Assembly (NCBI GenBank): GCA_002256185.1
Contig: NKIT01000001.1
Span: 16,207 to 80,206, forward strand
DNA: 64,000 nucleotides
From: Rhodobacteraceae bacterium PARR1
GTDB lineage: Bacteria > Pseudomonadota > Alphaproteobacteria > Rhodobacterales > Rhodobacteraceae
Reading direction: 5' to 3'
Positions within the stretch are counted from its first letter, which is position 1; each line of letters begins with the position of its first letter. The notes under the pieces are model-generated. The model worked only from the letters and a program-made list of their open reading frames with translations. It had not been told where the DNA came from and made no database searches. Shown here piece after piece: positions 1 through 9,559 of the stretch. The position numbers were made by a program, and so were the translations under genes.

Positions 1-1701
1 TCTGCGCTAGAAGGTCGCGCCGTTGTGCGGATTGCGGCTGGTGCCGGGACTTTGTCAGTATGCGCGATGCTGCTGAGCAGCACCCTCGGCTTTGCCGGTG
101 CACGGTCCGTTCCGATGATTTTTGGCGCGGTCTTTTTTGCCAGCGCAATGGCAGCCCGCTTTGCCATGCTGGTGCTGATCGGGTTTGTGAACGATCTTAC
201 GACACAGCGACGTCCGGTCGTCATTTACGGGGCCGGTGCAGCAGGATTGCAGATGGCAGGCGTTCTGCGTGGATCACAGGATATGCGTTGCATCGCCTTC
301 ATCGACGACAATACCCATCTGCAAGGCGTGTTGATGGCAGGCGTGCCGGTCTATCCGGCGCGCAAACTGCGGCAGATGGCGCAACGCACAAACAAACCGT
401 TGGTGATTGTCGCGATGCCGTCCGTGCCAAAGTCGCGTGAAACAACAATCCTAACGGAAACCCGGGCTCTCGGCTTCGAAGTCAAGGTTATGCCCTCTTA
501 CACCGACATGGTTTCGGCGCGCGCAGGGACCAAGAACCTCTTGACCGTGTCGCCTGACGCGATCCTGGGGCGTGACAGAGTTGACCTCGACATCCCCGAG
601 ATTGCCCGCGCCTATGCGGGCCGGAACGTGCTGGTGACGGGCGCTGGCGGGTCCATCGGATCCGAACTTTGTCGCCAGTTGCTGGAATGCCGTCCTGCGA
701 GCATCGTGCTTTTCGAACAAAGCGAATACGCGCTTTATCAGATCGACCTTGAAATGCAGCAACGATGCGCGTCGCTGAAAATCCCGGTCATCGCGCGTCT
801 AGGGTCTGTCGCGAATCGTGCCCGCATCGAAAGCGTGATGCGCGAGCACAAGATTGAGATCGTGCTGCACGCCGCCGCCTACAAGCACGTTCCGCTCGTC
901 GAAGAGAATGAGTTGGAAGGCGCACGCAACAACGTGGTTGGCACGCAAGTCTTGGCAGAAGTTGCGCAATCCTTGCAAGTGGAGCGGTTTATCCTCGTGT
1001 CGACCGACAAGGCCGTTCGTCCGACGAATATCATGGGCGCGACCAAGCGCATGGCCGAACTGGTGATACAGGATCTTGCCACGCGCTCCACGATGACCCG
1101 CTTCGCCATGGTGCGATTTGGAAATGTTCTGGGGTCATCTGGATCCGTCTTGCCCCTGTTTCAAAGTCAGATCGCTGCCGGCGGTCCGGTCACCGTGACC
1201 CACCCCGACGTGACTCGTTTTTTCATGACCATCCCCGAAGCTGCGCGTTTGGTGCTTCTGGCCGGTGCCTATTCTGAAGGCGGCGATGTATTTGTGTTGG
1301 ACATGGGTGAGCCGCGCCGGATTATCGATATTGCTCGGCAAATGATCAAACTGTCTGGTCGAGAGGTGAAGGACCCCGTCACCGGTGCAGGCGACATCGA
1401 AATCCGCATTACCGGCCTGCGCCCGGGCGAAAAACTTTACGAAGAACTTCTGATCGATGACTCCAGCCTCCGCGCAACCCCCCATCCAAAGATCATGCGC
1501 GCCAAGGAACAAAGCCTGAGCCAGATTGAAGTTGCCTCGATGATCCGAGAGATTTCAGCGTCTTTGAATGGCAACGATGCAGACCGGCTGCGACTTGTGG
1601 TGGCAAAGACTGTCGATGGCTATCGGCGTCCAGATGCTGATTTTGTCTCGCGCCAAAAACAGATTTCGGTGGCCGGGGCCAAGACCGAAGGGCCAATCTG
1701 A
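1..1701 (+). CDS. CapD/WbpM/PglF-type membrane-anchored NDP-sugar 4,6-dehydratase. The 5' end is probably outside the window.
   Basis: ORF 25..1701. The frame has no stop back to base 1. The N-terminus has hydrophobic helices. Nucleotide-binding motifs VVIYGAGAAG and VTGAGGSIGSEL are present. YKHVPLVE and VSTDKAV motifs are typical of the extended-SDR CapD family. Confidence 0.85.
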   Translation, partial: SALEGRAVVRIAAGAGTLSVCAMLLSSTLGFAGARSVPMIFGAVFFASAMAARFAMLVLIGFVNDLTTQRRPVVIYGAGAAGLQMAGVLRGSQDMRCIAFIDDNTHLQGVLMAGVPVYPARKLRQMAQRTNKPLVIVAMPSVPKSRETTILTETRALGFEVKVMPSYTDMVSARAGTKNLLTVSPDAILGRDRVDLDIPEIARAYAGRNVLVTGAGGSIGSELCRQLLECRPASIVLFEQSEYALYQIDLEMQQRCASLKIPVIARLGSVANRARIESVMREHKIEIVLHAAAYKHVPLVEENELEGARNNVVGTQVLAEVAQSLQVERFILVSTDKAVRPTNIMGATKRMAELVIQDLATRSTMTRFAMVRFGNVLGSSGSVLPLFQSQIAAGGPVTVTHPDVTRFFMTIPEAARLVLLAGAYSEGGDVFVLDMGEPRRIIDIARQMIKLSGREVKDPVTGAGDIEIRITGLRPGEKLYEELLIDDSSLRATPHPKIMRAKEQSLSQIEVASMIREISASLNGNDADRLRLVVAKTVDGYRRPDADFVSRQKQISVAGAKTEGPI

Positions 1702-1828
1702 CCACTGAATGGTTGCGCCTTGCCGCACACATATGCGCGACGACACAGCCGCCGAACGGACGGGCTCTATCAGGACCGTATCCTTCCAAACGCGAGTGAG
1801 ACCTGGAAGGACAGAAAAGAGGTGTCAG

Positions 1829-2959
1829 TCACGCTTTGCCCAAAAGAGACTGGATATGGCCGATCACCTCATCCTGCTGCTCGTTTGACATATCGCTACC
1901 CGATGGCAAGCACAGACCGCAATCGAACAAATGGGCATCGACACCTTGGCCATGATAGGGTGATCCCTGGTAAAGCGGCTGCAAATGCATCGGCTTCCAC
2001 AAGGGTCGGGCCTCAATCCGATGTTCAAACAGGGCCAGCCGAACCTGTTCACGGCTAATGCCAGTCTGCGCAGGGTCAATGGTAACTGCCGTCAACCACC
2101 TGGTCGAGCGCAACCCCGCTGGTTCCGGCATAAATCCGATGCCATGCTGGGACAACGCCGCGACATAACGGTCGAAAATCTCACGGCGACGGGTCACCCT
2201 GTCCTCAAGAACTTCCATCTGCCCCAAACCGATGGCAGCGCAAATGTTCGACAGGCGGTAGTTATACCCATAGGTCGAATGTTCGTAATGCGGTGCCGGA
2301 TCGCGGGCCTGCGTTGCCAAAAACCGCGCCTTGTCCGCCCATTCCTTGTGCCGTGTTACCAACATCCCACCGCCGGACGTTGTGATGATCTTGTTGCCGT
2401 TGAACGAGAGCACCGCCGCATCCCCCCCCGTCCCTGCCCTGCGGCTCCCTTGGTAAAGCGCGCCAAGGCTTTCGGCAGAATCCACGATCAGCCGCACGCC
2501 ATAGCGTTCGGCAAGCGCCTCGAGCGGGTCAAGGTCGACGCTCTGGCCGTAAAGGTCTGTCGGAATCAATGCCTTTGGCAGACGACCTTCGCGCGCGGCA
2601 CGGTCAAACTCTTCGCGCAAAAGACCAATATCGACCGTCCAAGTAGCTGAATCGAGATCAAAGAACCGCGGCCGCGCACCAAGGTAGTTCACGGGAAAAA
2701 TCCCCCCGGCGAAAGTCATCGAAGAAATCCAGACCTCATCACCGGGACCAACGCCAGCGATACGCAACGCAAGATGCAGGGCGGCGGAGCCGGAGGACAG
2801 ACCAACACAATGAAGACCGCCGCCGAGGTAATCGCTCACCCTCGACTCAAACGCGTCCAACTGCGGGCCAAGCGGGGCGACGAAGTTAGACGCGAAGGCT
2901 TCTGCCACCCGCTGTTCTTCATGGCCGGACATGTGCGGGCGCGAGAGATAAACACGCAT
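1829..2959 (-). CDS. DegT/DnrJ/EryC1-family PLP-dependent sugar aminotransferase (PglE/WbpE-like)
   Basis: 376 aa. Family-typical stretches include SGSAALHLAL and SFNGNKIITTSGGGML (PLP-lysine context). The start is adjacent to the upstream acetyltransferase stop, sharing base 2959. Confidence 0.88.
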   Translation of the reverse strand: MRVYLSRPHMSGHEEQRVAEAFASNFVAPLGPQLDAFESRVSDYLGGGLHCVGLSSGSAALHLALRIAGVGPGDEVWISSMTFAGGIFPVNYLGARPRFFDLDSATWTVDIGLLREEFDRAAREGRLPKALIPTDLYGQSVDLDPLEALAERYGVRLIVDSAESLGALYQGSRRAGTGGDAAVLSFNGNKIITTSGGGMLVTRHKEWADKARFLATQARDPAPHYEHSTYGYNYRLSNICAAIGLGQMEVLEDRVTRRREIFDRYVAALSQHGIGFMPEPAGLRSTRWLTAVTIDPAQTGISREQVRLALFEHRIEARPLWKPMHLQPLYQGSPYHGQGVDAHLFDCGLCLPSGSDMSNEQQDEVIGHIQSLLGKA

Positions 2960-3588
2960 TAAGAAGATCTTTCCATAACTCGGGCCGGATTGCCAACCAC
3001 TGTCACACCTGCCGGCACATCCCGCGTCACGACTGCGCCCATACCGACCACGGCACCCTCGCCTATTGTAAGGCCCTGACGGATGACTGCGCCAGAACCG
3101 ATATAGACGTGATCGCCGAGCGTCACAGCCCCATTGACCTTGGCGCCGGGAGCAAGGGTCACAAAGTCACCGATCAAACAGTCATGTTCAACATAGGAAT
3201 AAAGGTTGGCATGAAAGCATTTGCCAATCCGAATGTTCGAGGTCAGCGTGACAAACGGAGAAAGGCAGGCCCCCTCAGCGATCTGGACATCATCCATTTC
3301 AACGACGGTAGCCGCGCGGATCGCTTGCAAGGGCACGCCAGCCATCATTGCCCGCTGCGCCAACCGCTCGCGAATGGTCGAGTCCGCGATCGCTATTGCC
3401 ACAGATCGAGTTGGTGCGTTTCGGGCGAGGAACGCTTCCCATGGCAGCACAGGGTGACCATTTACCACCGCTGCGCCAAGGCCATCGTCAATGAACACCA
3501 AATCCGCCGCTGGAAACTCAGCACGGGCAAGCGGCATGATACCGCGACCACAGCCACTTGCCCCATAAATGCCAATCATATGCGTCAC
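2959..3588 (-). CDS. NeuD/PglD-family sugar N-acetyltransferase (left-handed beta-helix)
   Basis: 209 aa. N-terminal GIYGASGCGRG fold, followed by hexapeptide repeats (IGDFVTLAPGAKVNGAVTLGDHVYIGSGAVIRQGLTIGEGAVVGMGAVV). Confidence 0.85.
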   Translation of the reverse strand: MTHMIGIYGASGCGRGIMPLARAEFPAADLVFIDDGLGAAVVNGHPVLPWEAFLARNAPTRSVAIAIADSTIRERLAQRAMMAGVPLQAIRAATVVEMDDVQIAEGACLSPFVTLTSNIRIGKCFHANLYSYVEHDCLIGDFVTLAPGAKVNGAVTLGDHVYIGSGAVIRQGLTIGEGAVVGMGAVVTRDVPAGVTVVGNPARVMERSS

Positions 3589-4247
3589 GAGGGATTCCCT
3601 GTGAACCTCGACATAGTGGCCTCTCCATCAGCAGAGATGCCGTCCCGTCGAACAACTTTCTTGATGGTCATCATGATGATCCGCATGTCCAACCAAAATG
3701 AACGGTTGTCGACATACCATACGTCCAGGCGGAATTTCTCGTCCCATGTCAGCGCGTTGCGGCCGTTCACTTGTGCCCAACCAGTTACACCGGGGCGCAC
3801 CTCATGCCGTCGTGCCTGCTCTGCACTGTAAAGCGGAAGGTATTCCAACAAGAGCGGCCGGGGTCCAACAAGGCTCATGTCGCCTTTCAACACGTTCCAC
3901 AGTTCAGGAATCTCATCCAAACTGCTCGACCGAAGAAAGCGACCAAAAGCGGTCAACCGGTCCGCATCCGGCAAGGGAGTTCCGGATGCATCCGTCGCAT
4001 CGCGCATGCTGCGAAACTTTATCATCTGGAAAGGTCGCCCATGGAGTCCAGGGCGGCACTGACGGAACAAAACCGGTGATCCCATTTGCTGACGCACCCG
4101 GAACGCAATGAAGATCAAGATCGGCGCAAGAAGAACCAGCCCGAGCGTTGCGCCTACCAGATCAAACAAACGTTTCAAAACTCGATCCCTAGTTTCGTTA
4201 CCGAAAACCAAACAGTTACGTTTCCTTAGCCTGAACTCGCATCGCAA
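3585..4247 (-). CDS. Small monotopic phosphoglycosyl transferase (bacterial sugar transferase, PglC/WbaP C-terminal type)
   Basis: 220 aa. One N-terminal hydrophobic helix. Motifs KRLFDL, IKFRSM and LDEIPELWNVLKGDMSLVGPRP. 4-nt overlap with the downstream acetyltransferase. Confidence 0.88.
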   Translation of the reverse strand: MRCEFRLRKRNCLVFGNETRDRVLKRLFDLVGATLGLVLLAPILIFIAFRVRQQMGSPVLFRQCRPGLHGRPFQMIKFRSMRDATDASGTPLPDADRLTAFGRFLRSSSLDEIPELWNVLKGDMSLVGPRPLLLEYLPLYSAEQARRHEVRPGVTGWAQVNGRNALTWDEKFRLDVWYVDNRSFWLDMRIIMMTIKKVVRRDGISADGEATMSRFTGNPS

Positions 4248-4391
4248 TGCAATCGTTCTTCCCCGCAGAATGGAATGGAGCGAAAAGATTGGGCTGTCAT
4301 CAAAAAAAAACGCAACTCAAAACAAACGGCTCCTGAGATAGTATCGAGTGCCGCAAAAATGACACCCGCACAAACATGCCCAAAGGCGAGA

Positions 4392-5672
4392 CTATGATCT
4401 TTTATATGGTTCGAACCCTAATCGGGCGTACTGAACAAGACTCAAGGCGACGTAAACCAACTGCCCTACCATCAACCCGAATGCAGCGCCCCAGATATCT
4501 GCCCAGGCCGCCCCAACCCACAATCCAATGGCCGAAACACCAAGGCCGAAAAACGCCAACACAGACATCTGCCGGGCCTCGTTGAAGCTATCAAAGAATG
4601 GAATCAACGCAACCTGAACAAATCCACTCGCGCCGGCGACAACGACCAGCCAAGTTACATCGACCGCAGGACGGTAGCGCAAATCCAAGACTAGATAGGC
4701 GTGAAACGTACAGACCAATGCGATCACGGCAACCAAAGGAACAAGGCCCAGAAGAACCAATCGCAATCTCTTCTGCGCTCGCCTCAGAAAAGCCGGATCT
4801 GCTGTTTCATGAAATTTGCTAAGTGCTGCATAAACACTCGGCACATAAACTTTGGAGAAAACACCCGAGAGCAAAAACATCCCTGACAGATAAAGAGATG
4901 TGGCTGCATAGACGCCCATTGACTCAACCCCCAAGACTGACGCGATAATGAATTTATCAATGGTCAACATCAGCGGTGAAACCAATCCCACGATCACAAA
5001 CGGTGCTGAACGAAAGAAGTTCCTGCGACTCCAGTCTATGTCAACATCTGCGAAGCCCCGGGTTCCCACTAGCGAAAAAACGATCCCTGCGCTAATTCCA
5101 GCAGTCAGAATAAAAATGATGGTTTGGCTGGTAACCATATCAACCCAACTCCCACCCATCCAAAGCACGACGAGCAAGGCTCCGAAAATCATGATGTTGA
5201 AAGCCAATTCCGACCCAGCCGCAAGACCCGGCTTGGGAAGCATTACGATGACACGATGATAATTCTGTCGGCAGACAAAACCAACCGCTCCAATTACCAC
5301 CAATAAAAAGATAAGAATTCGCGGGATGTCCGGCGGAAATAATGCAGGCAGGACTGCTATTCCAAACAATCCCCAGAAAAGTCCTAGGATCAACGACGTC
5401 AAGTTTGCGCCATTGATCCTCGCAAAATAACCTGCTGAGTCCACCTCGTAGAAAACCCGGGCAAGCCCAAACCCCAAAAACGAGCCGACAAAAAAGCCGA
5501 CAACTGGCATCGCAGACCGAGCCGTTGATAGGTAACCAAAATTAACTGGACCTATACTGTTTGCAATAGTCGGAAGGACAAGCACCGGCAAAATAGCACT
5601 CGCCCCGGCGCTGACTGTATACCACGCGATTGCCTTGATGGACCTTTGCACGCCAGTTCCTTCATTCTTCAT
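4392..5672 (-). CDS. Polytopic membrane protein, Wzx-like oligosaccharide flippase (MOP superfamily)
   Basis: 426 aa, almost entirely hydrophobic helices (about 12) with no soluble domain. It sits inside the glycan locus. Composition is visibly AT-richer than the flanks. Confidence 0.65.
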   Translation of the reverse strand: MKNEGTGVQRSIKAIAWYTVSAGASAILPVLVLPTIANSIGPVNFGYLSTARSAMPVVGFFVGSFLGFGLARVFYEVDSAGYFARINGANLTSLILGLFWGLFGIAVLPALFPPDIPRILIFLLVVIGAVGFVCRQNYHRVIVMLPKPGLAAGSELAFNIMIFGALLVVLWMGGSWVDMVTSQTIIFILTAGISAGIVFSLVGTRGFADVDIDWSRRNFFRSAPFVIVGLVSPLMLTIDKFIIASVLGVESMGVYAATSLYLSGMFLLSGVFSKVYVPSVYAALSKFHETADPAFLRRAQKRLRLVLLGLVPLVAVIALVCTFHAYLVLDLRYRPAVDVTWLVVVAGASGFVQVALIPFFDSFNEARQMSVLAFFGLGVSAIGLWVGAAWADIWGAAFGLMVGQLVYVALSLVQYARLGFEPYKRS

Positions 5673-5959
5673 CGTCAGAGAATACTAAGATAGAGCGCTA
5701 CCCCACCCACTTCCTCCAAACATTAGCTCTTTCAATCTTGAAGCAACGGACTTCTTTCCGCAGCGACTTATTAAGTGTCCACCGTAGCCCAAGCGTCACT
5801 CGCACTTTGCTCGCACGGCCAAACACACCAAAACTCATCCTAGTGCATTTCTGCTTGAGCTTTCCTTAAAAATTTCAAAAGCAATCCGGGTGTTCTGGAT
5901 AATTCGAACTGCTATTGGCACAAACTACATTCTTTCGAAAATTTGAGGCAGACAAACAC

Positions 5960-6751
5960 CTATGAATCATCGGCAGCAACAAAGACGTAAACCATACCAG
6001 AAGATTGACTTAAGTCAGGGTACAGACCCTGCGCAGCGAGAGCGTTGAAAACTCTCGAAATCTCCTTTGGCTTCAAAACAGCAGGGTGCAACTCAATAAT
6101 AACTGTTCTAACTCCAGGCAAGGTAACGCCTTCCAGCAATTCCCCTTCACCACCTTCGATGTCGATCACAAGGACGTTAGGTGCCGTCTGCAAAAGAAAT
6201 TCTTGAAAATCCAACTGCGGCACCGAAATTTTGTGTGCCCCCTGTATTGGAGCCAAGCCCGATGCCCAAAAATTTGGTGTAACGTAGAAATCTCTTCTGT
6301 CACTACCCTTACCAAGTACACCATTTACAACCAAAAACTCCACTCCGTTGAGTTTTTGGTTCCTTTTGATCAGATCGATCAAATCAGGATTGGCCTCGAC
6401 TGCGGTAATGTTTTGCGATGGCACAATCCGCGCTGCCAAATTTGATAGGAACCCAATACCAGCGCCAATTTCGAGAACCCTATCAGTTTGACGCAAACAT
6501 TTGCGCAATAATACTTGTTCATGAGCTTCGTAATGTCCAAGACGAAGATTGAACTTCATCTTCGGCGAAAGACTCGGATGATCCAGCGCAAGCTTGACAC
6601 CGCTAATTGTAACAGTGCTTGAATTCAATACGCGATGAATGCCCCACCGACATATCATCCGGCTATAGCGTGCCAGTCTCGCAAGTGACGCTTTAATCAT
6701 CTGGAAATCCCACACCACGTTTAGATTGTTCGGCGCTGTTAAATACAGCAA
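5960..6751 (-). CDS. FkbM-family SAM-dependent methyltransferase
   Basis: 263 aa. VLEIGAGIGF SAM-binding motif and the LVIDIEGGEGELL block typical of Methyltransf_21/FkbM. An alternative start is M18 (6700). Confidence 0.8.
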   Translation of the reverse strand: MLYLTAPNNLNVVWDFQMIKASLARLARYSRMICRWGIHRVLNSSTVTISGVKLALDHPSLSPKMKFNLRLGHYEAHEQVLLRKCLRQTDRVLEIGAGIGFLSNLAARIVPSQNITAVEANPDLIDLIKRNQKLNGVEFLVVNGVLGKGSDRRDFYVTPNFWASGLAPIQGAHKISVPQLDFQEFLLQTAPNVLVIDIEGGEGELLEGVTLPGVRTVIIELHPAVLKPKEISRVFNALAAQGLYPDLSQSSGMVYVFVAADDS

Positions 6752-6774
6752 GACAATTTACCTGACGCAAGCAC

Positions 6775-7464
6775 CTACTTGACGGTCACGTCTTCATTGC
6801 GAACCAGACCGAAGATCATGGACCGTGCACCGAACAAGGTATCTGAAGACAGGAGTTTATGGCGGCCAAACAAACGTCGAGTGAATGGGATACGATTGAA
6901 TGTACCGCATCGTACCACTTGTTTCAGTCCGGCAAACCGGCATATTGCATCAATGTTAATGTGGGTAAGTGATGACAAGTGCCCTTCAACGTCAGGGGCG
7001 CGACGTAAGTTATGAAGTATCTCTCCCCAAAAATATGGATTTGGCACAGACATCAAAATCATCCCTCCAGGGGCCAAATGGCTTTTCAGCGTCTTTAATA
7101 CTCTGACAGGACTTTCCACATGTTCGATGACTTCCATGGCCAGGAACAGATCGACGTTATTCTCAAGCCCCACGATGGGGTTATCAGCGTCTGCAACCAC
7201 GAAAACATCATTCTCCCGCGCAGTAACTTTTGCCAAAGCACCGGCATCCAAGTCAATTCCAGTGTAGCGGTGTGCAATTCTGCGCTCATCCATGATCGCG
7301 CGAACTGCGGCAAACTTGCAGCCAATTTCCGCTACATTGAGCGACCGGTTCGGCAACCGGCCTTTAACCAAATCCAGTGCTCTTCGATAACGAAAATCAG
7401 CTTCGTGATCATCGATCACGTAGGTCTGGCTTCTCTTTTTATAGAACTCTTCCTTCGTAACCAT
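6775..7464 (-). CDS. Class I SAM-dependent methyltransferase
   Basis: 229 aa. VAEIGCKFA glycine-rich-like motif, acidic loop GIDLD, and LAMEVIEHVESP followed by LAPGGMILMSVPN (Methyltransf_11/23-like). Confidence 0.75.
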   Translation of the reverse strand: MVTKEEFYKKRSQTYVIDDHEADFRYRRALDLVKGRLPNRSLNVAEIGCKFAAVRAIMDERRIAHRYTGIDLDAGALAKVTARENDVFVVADADNPIVGLENNVDLFLAMEVIEHVESPVRVLKTLKSHLAPGGMILMSVPNPYFWGEILHNLRRAPDVEGHLSSLTHINIDAICRFAGLKQVVRCGTFNRIPFTRRLFGRHKLLSSDTLFGARSMIFGLVRNEDVTVK

Positions 7465-7478
7465 CGTCCAGTTCCACC

Positions 7479-8360
7479 CTAAAAAATCTTATTCCGCACT
7501 CGAATTGGTTTACCGACCTTCAACCTGCCTTCAATCTGATCTTTTACCGACGCTCTGATGAACAATCGGTTATCGGCCGCTCCATCGTGAAAAGGCATGA
7601 TTAACGAACGGCCTTTTGGATCGTATCCGGTTTCTACAAATCCACTGTTCGTCAGGATGTTGAGGATTGTGTCTGTTCCGTCTTTCCTGGCATTATCGTT
7701 TATCTCCAAGATCAGCGCCAAAAGCCTACTGTCCTGAAGAACCGCTCCGGCCCCGGCGATCACGGCTGGTTCAAACCCTTCCACATCGATTTTCATCAAC
7801 TGCGGAGTACCATATTCAGCCGAAGCACTATCAACCGTTACTGATGGAACTGTGATCCCAACCCCGTCTGCCACGATCTTATTCATGACATCCGCATCCG
7901 TGGACATGGACACAACCCCGGTTTGGGCCGATACGGCAGCTTGTACCACCAACACCCTATCCAATAGTCCATTCATAGTGAGATTACGCGTCAAGTACTC
8001 TGCTGATTTGGGGACAGGCTCAAAGGCGATTCCCCGCGCACCAGATATGTGACCCAAGATCATCGAATAAACGCCAATATTCGCGCCGATATCGAAGAAC
8101 AGGTCGTCCTCATTCAACAGATGACAGGCGAAACATGAGTCACGCAGTTCGTGCAAACCATTGTAAGCTTGCATGGAGATGGAAATCATACCATTGCGTC
8201 CAGTTAACTTGAGTCCGTTGACCCAAGGTATTGTCACTTCGTGGGACAGTCGTGAGCGCAATTGCCAAACGCTCCATCGAAGGGCGACGAGCAAGGTCGA
8301 TCCGTTCAACGGATGTGCCGCAAGATTCTTCCAAATCTGAGGTATACGCAATACGTTCAT
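7479..8360 (-). CDS. FkbM-family SAM-dependent methyltransferase
   Basis: 293 aa. FFDIGANIGVYS motif and LMKIDVEGFEPAVIAG block (FkbM signature). 4-nt overlap with the upstream GT stop. Confidence 0.82.
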   Translation of the reverse strand: MNVLRIPQIWKNLAAHPLNGSTLLVALRWSVWQLRSRLSHEVTIPWVNGLKLTGRNGMISISMQAYNGLHELRDSCFACHLLNEDDLFFDIGANIGVYSMILGHISGARGIAFEPVPKSAEYLTRNLTMNGLLDRVLVVQAAVSAQTGVVSMSTDADVMNKIVADGVGITVPSVTVDSASAEYGTPQLMKIDVEGFEPAVIAGAGAVLQDSRLLALILEINDNARKDGTDTILNILTNSGFVETGYDPKGRSLIMPFHDGAADNRLFIRASVKDQIEGRLKVGKPIRVRNKIF

Positions 8361-9559
8361 GAGGAAGACCCTTTTAAGATGTATGGCTTTAGTCCCGATA
8401 GGAACGCGCGCGCGCGACTATCCGATCCAAAGCGTTCGGCAATATGTGCATTACGTCTTTTAGGTAGATCAGTTGGTGCATCTACCAAGTTTTGAAGTTC
8501 CTCTTTGATCGCAACTGCCAGCGCGGTCGAGTCTTCTGCTGCAACCAACTGACCTAGAAACGGCTCTGTTACAATTGATTCCGGGCCACCAGATCGTGTC
8601 GCGATCACGGTCGTTCCGGTTGCCAAGGCTTCAATCAACACAACACCAAATGTTTCAAATCGACTGGGGAGCGCAAAGATATCGGACCATAACATCAAGT
8701 CACGGACCTGCGTTTGGCGGGCATGACCCAGAAAGGTCACTTTCGCACCAATTCCGAGTTCCTCGGCAAGGGCACGATAGCTGTTTTGCGATGCGCCTTC
8801 TCCGATCAATCGGAGTTCCAACCCATGGGACAAGTCCAATTGGGCCACAGCCCTGATAAGAACATCCACACCCTTCTTAGAGTCCATGGTTCCGACGAAC
8901 CCCAATCTCGCAGGGCGGTCGAAGTTAAAGGGAAGTCGGTGACCGTCGGGCGCAAAAAACGCAGTGTCAATTGCGTTTGGTGCGTATTTTACCGTGACGC
9001 CAAACCTATCGGATAAAAGGCTCGAAAAAGGTTCACTCACGGCATAGACGGCTTTCGCCGCGTGGAAAGTTTGAGAGGCGCGATCAAGATCAGCCGCACT
9101 GTAAAAGCCCCGCGCAAAATGGGTGGAATGCTCAACCACCACGAAGGGGATGCCTTCCGACTTGGCAATTTCTTTGGCAGCCCAGCCAGCGTTGATTGCA
9201 GTATGGGCCAAGATGATATCTGGGCGCCCATATTTAGCGATGTACGCTTGGTACAAGCGCTGCGCAGCATTCAGGAAAATACGGGCCGATATGTCATGAA
9301 GCTTTGGAATGCGCCAACCGTGCCAGCGCAGGACCGGGTATCCGTCTGGCGATTCATGTTCAATCTGAAAGTGATTTCGAGATGCAGACTTCAGTCCTCC
9401 AAAGTCTGTAATTTCTCGCAATTCGGGAAAGATAACGCCCACTGTTGCACCGGCTCTTTGCAGCGCTTTGGTTTGCACCCGAAAGAAAACAGCATAGTCC
9501 GGCCGACGTGAATTCGGGTACCAGGTTGGCAAGACCAGAATGTGGGGATGATCAGCCAC
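8357..9559 (-). CDS. GT4-family (GT-B) glycosyltransferase
   Basis: C-terminal ALPSRFETFGVVLIEALATGTTVIATRSGGPESIV (EX7E-type) motif. The maximal ORF reaches 9649 but would overlap the upstream GT by 98 nt. GTG at 9559 (VADHPHILVLPTWYP) gives an 8-nt overlap and a typical N-terminus. Confidence 0.8.
   Translation of the reverse strand: MADHPHILVLPTWYPNSRRPDYAVFFRVQTKALQRAGATVGVIFPELREITDFGGLKSASRNHFQIEHESPDGYPVLRWHGWRIPKLHDISARIFLNAAQRLYQAYIAKYGRPDIILAHTAINAGWAAKEIAKSEGIPFVVVEHSTHFARGFYSAADLDRASQTFHAAKAVYAVSEPFSSLLSDRFGVTVKYAPNAIDTAFFAPDGHRLPFNFDRPARLGFVGTMDSKKGVDVLIRAVAQLDLSHGLELRLIGEGASQNSYRALAEELGIGAKVTFLGHARQTQVRDLMLWSDIFALPSRFETFGVVLIEALATGTTVIATRSGGPESIVTEPFLGQLVAAEDSTALAVAIKEELQNLVDAPTDLPKRRNAHIAERFGSDSRARAFLSGLKPYILKGSSS

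Noticed and set aside
4398-4420. A tRNA T-loop-like string GGTTCGAACCC.
   Set aside because: It lies inside the 3' end of the flippase CDS (encoding ...GFEPYK...). It has no acceptor or anticodon stem partners around it.
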